A stretch of DNA of 64,000 nucleotides from IMG/VR virus record IMGVR_UViG_3300029305_001279. One strand, given 5' to 3'. Source of the DNA: a virus. Of the stretch, positions 8,963 to 15,815 are shown piece after piece. The notes under the pieces were generated by a model. That model did not search any database and had not been told where the DNA came from. It saw only the letters and a program-made list of their open reading frames with translations. The translations under genes were made by a program, and so were the position numbers. Within the stretch, counting starts at the first letter, position 1. Each line of letters begins with the position of its first letter.

Positions 8963-9501
8963 CACCTTTGGAAAGAATGACAGCCGAAGCCTTCCGCGCG
9001 AGTTACCAGGGAAAACGGAACCGCGCACTGGGGCTGCAGTTTGAAGAGATCATCACCGAGGCCTGCGAGCACTACCGCGCCATGGGCCTCGCCTACATAG
9101 AAAAAACCCCCGAACCGATGCGAGTCATCGGAGTTATCAACCGCAAGCTGGGCCACTTCAAGGCTCATTACGAGAAAGCGGCACAGCCGGACTTCAAGGG
9201 CACCATGGCGGGCGGCCGCGCCGTTTGCTTTGAAGCCAAGCACACCGAGACAGACCGCATCAAACAGGATGCCGTCACCGAAGACCAGAAGAATGCCATG
9301 GACCTCCACGAAGCCATGGGAGCCTGGTGCTTCGTTATCGTGTGCCTGAATAACACCTACTACCGTGTCCCCTGGGAGCGGTGGAAGACCATGAAAGAGG
9401 ACTGCGGACACAAGTACATGAATGCCGCTGATCTTCACCCCTATAAGCTGGGCACCTGGCCCGGACACCTTCGATTCCTCGAAACCACCGAGAAAACATA
9501 A
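8959..9501 (+). CDS. recU: RecU-type Holliday junction resolvase
   Basis: GLQFEEIITEACEHYRAMGLAYIEKTPEP...PDFKGTMAGGRAVCFEAKHT...QKNAMDLHEAMGAWCFVIV matches the RecU catalytic core layout (D-F-x-G ... E-x-K). Confidence 0.7.
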   Translation: MTPLERMTAEAFRASYQGKRNRALGLQFEEIITEACEHYRAMGLAYIEKTPEPMRVIGVINRKLGHFKAHYEKAAQPDFKGTMAGGRAVCFEAKHTETDRIKQDAVTEDQKNAMDLHEAMGAWCFVIVCLNNTYYRVPWERWKTMKEDCGHKYMNAADLHPYKLGTWPGHLRFLETTEKT

Positions 9502-9562
9502 CCCACCGCAACCAATAAATCCGTAAACACCGTATATAATCGAGAAAGGAGGCGCTTGCACC

Positions 9563-10093
9563 ATGGAAGAGCAAGACATCTATATCCTGGAGCCGGAACC
9601 CTGGGAAAGGCAGCTGAATGAGTCTCCCCAGGCCTTTGAAGCGTTCGCCGCATACCGTGACATGGGAGCCGCGAGAAGTACAGCGAAAGTGTCCCGCCAA
9701 CTGTGTAAAAGTGTATCGCTGATGAACAGATGGTCTTCTGAGCACGACTGGGTGAAGCGTGTCGCTGCCTGGGATGCTGAAAAGGACCGTGTGGCCCGTC
9801 AGTCGCAGCTGAATGACATCAAAGCCATGCGTGAACGTCATGCTGCCATCGCAAAAAAAATGATGGACACAGCGGACAGCGCCCTCAACAACATCAATCC
9901 GAACGATGTCTCTACGAACGAGATCGCCCGCCTGGTCGAAATCGCAAGTAAGCTGGAGCGCATTTCCCGTGGCGACGTGGGCGATGTCATCGAGGAGCGC
10001 GATGGTGGCGAAGCGGTATCCCCTGTTCAGATCTACGTGCCGGATAACGGCCGGGGCAAGGACAAGGACACATTCAATGACCTGACGGTATAA
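9563..10093 (+). CDS. possible terminase small subunit / HTH protein
   Basis: The N-terminal ESPQAFEAFAAYRDMGAARSTAKVSRQL..SVSLMNRWSSEHDWVKR pattern recurs in phage packaging-module HTH proteins. The function is not proven. Confidence 0.35.
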   Translation: MEEQDIYILEPEPWERQLNESPQAFEAFAAYRDMGAARSTAKVSRQLCKSVSLMNRWSSEHDWVKRVAAWDAEKDRVARQSQLNDIKAMRERHAAIAKKMMDTADSALNNINPNDVSTNEIARLVEIASKLERISRGDVGDVIEERDGGEAVSPVQIYVPDNGRGKDKDTFNDLTV

Positions 10094-10174
10094 CAACTGA
10101 ATATCCTGGCTATTCTGCGATAACTCCAGAGAAGCCACAGCAAAAGAACAGATATAACCAGGAGGAACCACAGC

Positions 10175-12077
10175 ATGAAATTAGGAAGCCTTTTTGATGG
10201 GTCGGGAGGATTCCCGCTCGCAGGAGAGCTTTGCGGCATAGAGCCGCGCTGGGCGGCTGAGATAGAGCCGTACCCAATCGCCGTTACAAGGGGGCGTTTC
10301 CCCTAACTTGGTACACCTTGGAAGTGTGACCGAGATCAACGGCGCAGAAATAGAAGCAGTAGATGTAATCACCTTTGGATCGCCGTGCCAGGATCTTTCC
10401 GTGGCTGGAAAGCGGGCAGGGCTGAAGCACTCAGCCAACGGCGACGATGAAACCACACGCAGCGGCCTATTCATGGAAGCCGTGCGAATCATCAAGGAAA
10501 TGAGGAAAGCCACAAATGGAAAATATCCGAAGTATGCAATATGGGAAAATGTCATGGGCGCCTTCAGCTCAAATGCCGGCGACGACTTCCGTGTCGTCCT
10601 CGAAGAACTCGTCAAAATCTGCGAACCGGAAGCACCCCCGATACCTTCGCCTGGTAAAGCGGGATGGCCATACGCCGACTGCATCATGGGAAACGGATTC
10701 AGCCTTGCTTACCGTGTTTTCGATGCGCAATACTGGCCCGGCACCCCTCAACGCAGAAAACGTATCTACCTTGTCCTCGATCTTACAGGCGAATGTGCCG
10801 AAAAAATACTATTTGAGCGCGAAGGCTTGCGAGGGCATTCTGAGAAGAGCCGAGCGCCGTGGGAAGGAGCTGCCGGAGATCCTCAAGGCCGCTCTGGAAC
10901 AGACGATCCAGAGAGCAGCATAATAGCCATCGATCAACAAGGCGGCAAAGGCAACGCAAATTATGCCGTCGATGTGATGCCTACACTTTGCAGCGATAGC
11001 CATGGCACCCCTCATGCGGTAGCATACGGTGTAACGAGCAAAGGTAATGGAGATAGCTTCATCTCAGAGGAACGGCATACCGCTTTATCTACAGGCGGAG
11101 GCCAACCGGGGCAGGGATATCCATGTGTGATGCAGCCCATAGCCTTCACCCAGAACCAGAGGGACGAACTGAGAGATCTGGGAGACAAAGCCGGAACCAT
11201 ACAAGCGGCGCCAGGAACGCATCAGCAGACCTTCATCATCGATAACATCGGAGGTCAAGCGGAATATGGAGTAGAAAGCACCGTAAACGGCACCCTTCGA
11301 GCTGGTGGGCTGGGCGCTATTTGCTACGATGCCAGAGGAAATGGTGATGGTAAAACCGTCAATACGATCACCGGTGACCACAACAACCGCATAACAGATT
11401 ATAGCTCTGTGGTGGTGTATAACGGTGAGAACATCACAAATCCAACGAACAAAGCAAACCCACAACCCGGTGACCCATGCCACACACTTGGAACCGATAG
11501 CAGGAATCACCTCGTATACTGCCTCCAAGGAAACGTCATTGACAGAGCCAATTCTGCCAGATGCAATGGCGAAGGATGGAAAGAGGATGTGTGCTACACC
11601 CTGAATACCATCGACCGACCGGCTGTATCATACTCAACCGATGTCGGATTCTTTAATACCTGCGAGGATGTGTCCCCGACCATGCTTGCAAGGATGTACA
11701 AAGACCCTCACCTCGTATGCTACGAGGAAGAACCGCAATACATAGTCCGTCGCCTCACCCCTACCGAGTGCGCCAGACTGCAAGGCTTCCCAGACCGATG
11801 GGGAGACATACCACACAAAGAAAACCTCACGGACGAAGAGTACAGCTTCTGGCTGAACGTCCGAAACACCCACGCAGCCATCAACGGCAGAACTACGAAA
11901 GAATACACCAAGGATCAAATCCTCAAATGGTACAATAAACTTCACTCAGACAGTTCCGAATACAAAATGTGGGGCAATGGGATCGCCTTACCAAATGCCT
12001 TGTATGTCATGCAGGGCATAGCGGAGGCAATTAACCATGGTCGAGATCGATACGGAGAAGTGAAACAGAAAGGATAG
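10175..12077 (+). CDS. DNA (cytosine-5) methyltransferase with a very long multi-TRD-like variable region; reading frame broken at 10304
   Basis: The 43-codon N-terminal piece (ATG 10175, AGGAGG upstream) carries motif I LFDGSGGF and motif II AEIEP, then stops at TAA 10304-10306. The next frame continues with SPCQDLS (IV), ENV (VI), QRRKR (VIII), RRLTPTECARLQGFP (IX) and GNGIA (X). Confidence 0.8.
10298..10307 (+). other. candidate +1 programmed frameshift site UUC-CCC-UAA-C
   Basis: Slipping CCC to CCU and then reading AAC gives ...GRFP-NLVHLG..., a contiguous MTase. AGGGGG lies 6 nt upstream and a bulged hairpin (10310-10331) lies downstream. Confidence 0.5.
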
Positions 12078-12086
12078 CAGGACAGC

Positions 12087-13157
12087 ATGATTAAATTGCT
12101 TATTGGCGGTTCCCCATGCACATTCTGGAGCATCGCCCAGAAGAATGGACGGGAAACCGAAGCAGAGGGCATGGGTTGGGAGCTGTTTAAGAACTACCTC
12201 ATTGCCAAGGAAAAATTCCAGCCGGACTTTTTCCTTTACGAAAACAACAAATCGGCAGCACAAGCCATCAAGGATCAGATATCACATGAGCTGGGTGTGG
12301 ATCTCATGCACATCAATAGTGCGCTGGTATCCGCGCAGAACCGTCAGCGATTCTACGCATTCAACTGGACGGTGGATCAGCCGGAGGACCGCGGCATTTC
12401 GCTGAACGAAATTCTGGAAGATACACCCGATGAAATAGGCTGCAAAGTTTCCGGAGTCGGATATAGAAACCGCAGAGAGAGCGACGGAAAGCTGTATAGG
12501 CGTTTTGAAACAGACGGCAATCCCAAATCCAACGCTCTGACAACGGTGGACACCGATAGTATGGTTTGCATACCCGCTCACAGCGTCGCACTCCGCGGAC
12601 GGGACCACAGATCTGCTTACGAAGTGAGCACCGGCGAAAAAGCGAATGCTCTCACGGGAAGTACCCAGCAACGGCGCATTATAAGACCTGCTGGAAAATT
12701 GCAAGACGGTATCACTTACGAGGTACATAATGGCCTTATTGAAATAAAAGGGAAAGAGTACCCCATCAATTTACCGGACGGCAGCTATGTGATGCGGCAT
12801 CTGACCCCGATAGAGTGCGAACGCCTACAGACGCTCCCTGATGGCTACACCGCCTGTGTGAGCAAAACCCAGCGACGGAAGGCTTTGGGCAACGGTTGGA
12901 CGGCGGAGGTGATTATTCACATCCTGAACGGCGCTCTGGCAAACGTTCCTCGGGACGAGGAGATTGTGGTGCTGTCCATGTATGACGGTATCGCTACCGG
13001 TCGGTATTGCTTGGACAAGATGGGCTTCACCAACGTGCGCTATTACGCCTACGAGATCGATAAGTACGCAATGCAAGTCGCATTATCGAATTACCCGGAC
13101 ATCATCCATTGCGGTGATGCGTTCGATCTGAGAAACCCGGATTGGACAATTAACTAA
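12087..13157 (+). CDS. DNMT3-like C5 DNA methyltransferase with circularly permuted motif order (IV-X then I-III)
   Basis: The protein starts MIKLLIGGSPCTFWS (IV), then YENN (VI), QNRQRFY (VIII), RHLTPIECERLQTLP (IX), GNGWTAEV (X). It then ends with VVLSMYDGIATG (I), YAYEID (II) and GDAFDL (III). Confidence 0.75.
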   Translation: MIKLLIGGSPCTFWSIAQKNGRETEAEGMGWELFKNYLIAKEKFQPDFFLYENNKSAAQAIKDQISHELGVDLMHINSALVSAQNRQRFYAFNWTVDQPEDRGISLNEILEDTPDEIGCKVSGVGYRNRRESDGKLYRRFETDGNPKSNALTTVDTDSMVCIPAHSVALRGRDHRSAYEVSTGEKANALTGSTQQRRIIRPAGKLQDGITYEVHNGLIEIKGKEYPINLPDGSYVMRHLTPIECERLQTLPDGYTACVSKTQRRKALGNGWTAEVIIHILNGALANVPRDEEIVVLSMYDGIATGRYCLDKMGFTNVRYYAYEIDKYAMQVALSNYPDIIHCGDAFDLRNPDWTIN

Positions 13158-13247
13158 CAATCAGCAAACAGTCAACCAACCATTTTCGTGACCCCACGAA
13201 AATGATATCAAGATATCAAACCGCGCCCGGCGGGATCCGGGCACCAT

Positions 13248-13321
13248 GGATCAGCGGGGTGTGGCACCCATCTGCACAAAAGCTGCAGAAAGAGTCGGTT
13301 CGATTCCGGTCTGTTCCACCA
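13248..13321 (+). tRNA. non-canonical tRNA-like gene (anticodon loop CAAAAGC, nominal anticodon AAA, A at position 33)
   Basis: Acceptor GGATCAG/CTGTTCC (one T-T mismatch). D stem GGGT/ACCC with a 5-nt loop. Anticodon stem CTGCA/TGCAG, extendable to 6 bp. T arm GTCGG-TTCGATT-CCGGT. Discriminator A, with CCA encoded. Confidence 0.4.
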
Positions 13322-13696
13322 TGCGTGTGGCTCACGCACCCTTGAAACGATACATAGGGGAAAAGGGCTCTCTGTTTCTGTGGTGCAGCACGCAACAGAG
13401 GTGGCGACATAAATTATTAGATTGGCTGGCTCCGGCTTATAAAATCGAACGGATGCGACCGATGCACCGGCGCAGGGCTGAAAAGTTCCGTGATATTCCT
13501 TGGTATGGCTCTGGAATCGCAGAGCGAGGCGAAAAGGCCACCTGCAACGCGAGCGAAAGAGGCCGGCGGGTGGATAGAAGGATAATTGTGGAGTGGTACC
13601 GGCGGAGCTGAGGTTCCAGGCCGGTGTGTAGTTCACAGTGGTTACAGACCATACCGGGGATATGGTGAAAAGGAATACCCAGGAAAAGGAGAATAT
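13322..13696 (+). ncRNA. candidate structured non-coding RNA region (identity unknown)
   Basis: No credible ORF. Many local and long-range complementary segments, including 13322-13339, 13369-13400 and 13508-13525, plus CACCGGC 13465-13471 pairing with GCCGGTG 13620-13626. It lies between the tRNA-like element and tRNA-Thr. Confidence 0.25.
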
Positions 13697-13773
13697 GCCG
13701 CTGTAGCTGCAGCGGTTAGAGCAACTGACTTGTAATCAGTAGGTCGTGGGTTCAAATCCCACCAGCGGCTCCA
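13697..13773 (+). tRNA. tRNA-Thr (anticodon UGU), CCA encoded
   Basis: Clean cloverleaf: acceptor GCCGCTG/CAGCGGC, anticodon arm ACTGA-CTTGTAA-TCAGT, T arm GTGGG-TTCAAAT-CCCAC. Confidence 0.85.
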
Positions 13774-13875
13774 CCGGGCATAGCCCGGCATAATGTCCTC
13801 CTTTTTCTGTTTTCTGACGGCCCGGAAAGACGGGAAGACCTGGGGCGATGGTTATCTATCGCCCTGGGCACCTAC

Positions 13876-13949
13876 GTCGGCGTAGCTCAATGGTAGAGCA
13901 CCTGCCTTCCAAGCAGGCAACGCGGGTTCGATTCCCGTCACCGGCTCCA
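13876..13949 (+). tRNA. tRNA-Gly (anticodon UCC), CCA encoded
   Basis: D arm GCTC-AATGGTA-GAGC, anticodon arm CCTGC-CTTCCAA-GCAGG, T arm GCGGG-TTCGATT-CCCGT. One C-A mismatch in the acceptor stem. Confidence 0.75.
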
Positions 13950-14042
13950 CTTGCTTTCATTCTTTTTCTCCTCTCCTAATGGCGGCTCGGAAAGACGAGA
14001 AGTGCCGTGCAGGCCTGGTAAACCTGCACGGTGCGCCATTAC

Positions 14043-14118
14043 GCTCATGTAACTCAGCTGGTAGAGTAACGGATTTTTAATCCGTGAGTCGCGGGTTCGA
14101 TTCCCTCCATGGGCACCA
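14043..14118 (+). tRNA. tRNA-Lys (anticodon UUU), CCA encoded
   Basis: Acceptor GCTCATG/CATGGGC, anticodon arm ACGGA-TTTTTAA-TCCGT, T loop TTCGATT (one mismatch in the T stem). Confidence 0.75.
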
Positions 14119-14210
14119 AAATACGTAACTATACTTTGCATATTTTCCGGCAAAGATGAAAGTTTGAGCATCAAAACAGAAAAATACGCAAATTGAAAGG
14201 GGGCGATGCC

Positions 14211-15794
14211 ATGATTATTCGTCCGCAGCCGAAGCAGGAGGAATTCCTGAGCAATCCGGCAGACATCATCATTTATGGTGGAGCCGCGGGCGGTGGTTAG
14301 CAAGGTAAGACATACGCCCTCCTCTTGGAAGAGTGCCGCAACAGCGACAACCCACGATTCAACTCGGTAATCTTCCGTAGAAATAACACACAGATCTTCA
14401 CGAACGGCGGTCTCTGGGATTCCGGCATGGCTCTGCTCCCTCTGATCGGCGCACAGCCGAAGAAAACCCCGAAACCGTCCTTCATCTTCCCATCCGGCGC
14501 AAAGGTAACATTCGACCACCTGGAACGTTACAGCGACTGCCTCTCTTACCAGGGCTCGCAGATCGTCTTCATCGGCTTTGACGAGCTGACCCACTTCGAC
14601 GAGGATGTCTTCTGGTATATGCTGTCCCGTAACCGTTCGGACTCCGGTATTCCCGGCTATGTCCGAGCTACCACCAACCCTGACCCTGACTCATGGGTCC
14701 GCACATTCATTGACTGGTGGATTGGCCCTGATGGTCTGGCTATCCCGGAGCGCAGCGGCAAGATCCGCTGGATGATCCGAATCAACGGCGAGGTGGTCTG
14801 GGGCAATTCCCGGATGGAGCTGCTGCAGCGGCAGTTTGATGGTGACATCACCGCCGTGGACAAGAGCCACACATCGACGGATGAACTGTTCGTTCCGGAT
14901 CCAAAGGACAGCAAGATCCAGATCATCGTCAAGCCCGGTGTGGAGGGCACACTGTACATAGCTACTCAGACAAAGCAGTTCTTCCAATGGTCAGGCGGTG
15001 AGTACCGGGAGCTGATGCCCCCGAAGTCCGTGACCTTCATCTGCTCCACATTGCAGGACAATGCCATCCTGATGAAGAATGACCCGAGCTACCTGGCCAA
15101 CCTGAAGGCCCTGCCCCTCGTTGAACAGGAGCGGCTGCTGGGCGGCAACTGGAACATCCGTCCTGCTGCTGGCCTTTACTTCCCTCGTGACAAGGCGAAG
15201 CTCATTGACGAGATACCGGATGACCTGGTGCGTGTTGTCCGCGCATGGGACCTTGCAGGCACAGAGGACAAGAAGAACAACAACCCCGAGGACGGCCCCG
15301 CATACACGGCCGGTGTGCTGATCGGCAAGCGCAAGAGCGGAAAGCTGGTTGTCCTCGACGTTATCAATAAGCGGCTCAATGCCAGCGATGTGCGAAACCT
15401 GGTATTGACCACCGCACGAGCTGACAAGGCAGCATATAAATCCAAATACAGAATCCGCATGAACCAGGATCCCGGCCAGGCCGGTGTGGATCAGAAGGAA
15501 CAGTACATAAAGCTGCTGTCCGGCTTCAGCGTCAACATCGAGCGAGAGTCCGGCAGCAAGGAAGTCCGCGCGGAGCCGCTGTCTGCTCAGTGGATCAACG
15601 GCAATGTGGAAGTCCTGAACAGACCATGGACATCAGAGTACCTGGCCCAGCTGGACGGCTTCCCAGACCGGAAGTTCAAGGATATGGCCGATGCCAGCAA
15701 CACAGGCTTCCTGGAGCTGGAGAAGTTCAACACCGTATCCGTACCGAAGGACAACAGTGCCCTGGCCAAGCAGAGCTACTGGTTCAAGAATTAA
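14211..15794 (+). CDS. terL: terminase large subunit, interrupted by an in-frame TAG at 14298-14300
   Basis: ATG 14211 follows AAGGGGG. The sequence MIIRPQPKQEEFLSNPADIIIYGGAAGGG-TAG-QGKTYALLLEE... stays in one frame throughout, with the Walker A motif straddling the stop. The remaining 489 codons are TerL-like. Confidence 0.8.
14295..14306 (+). other. candidate recoding site GGU-UAG-CAA-GGU (hop or stop read-through)
   Basis: Identical Gly codons flank the stop. Re-pairing of peptidyl-tRNA-Gly from 14295 to 14304 would give YGGAAGGGKTYALL. Confidence 0.35.
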
Positions 15795-15815
15795 GAAAGC
15801 AGGTGACAACAAGGA

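Noticed and set aside
10308-10310. Independent initiation of the MTase C-terminal part at TTG 10308, giving a split two-subunit enzyme.
   Set aside because: The only SD-like sequence (AGGGGG) is 13 nt upstream. A 43-aa fragment carrying motifs I-II is an unlikely stand-alone subunit. This is not fully excluded and is noted as a refutation route.
13246-13611. 121-aa ORF inside the non-coding region, and the minus-strand ORFs 13208..13636 and 13938..14594.
   Set aside because: They have R/C/W-rich unnatural composition and no RBS. They overlap the tRNA-like element, the tRNA genes or TerL.
13248-13696. tmRNA (one-piece or permuted) interpretation of the tRNA-like element plus the downstream structured region.
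   Set aside because: The element folds as a complete cloverleaf by itself, and I could not find a tag-peptide reading frame ending in a typical ...A-A-stop.
14298-14300. Genome-wide TAG reassignment (code-15-like recoded phage) as the explanation for the TerL stop.
   Set aside because: I found only this one in-frame TAG among the many long intact late genes. TAG is used as a normal terminator (for example at 12075, 28328 and 34673), and none of the tRNAs has a CUA anticodon. Local suppression is still possible and is kept as an alternative in the finding.
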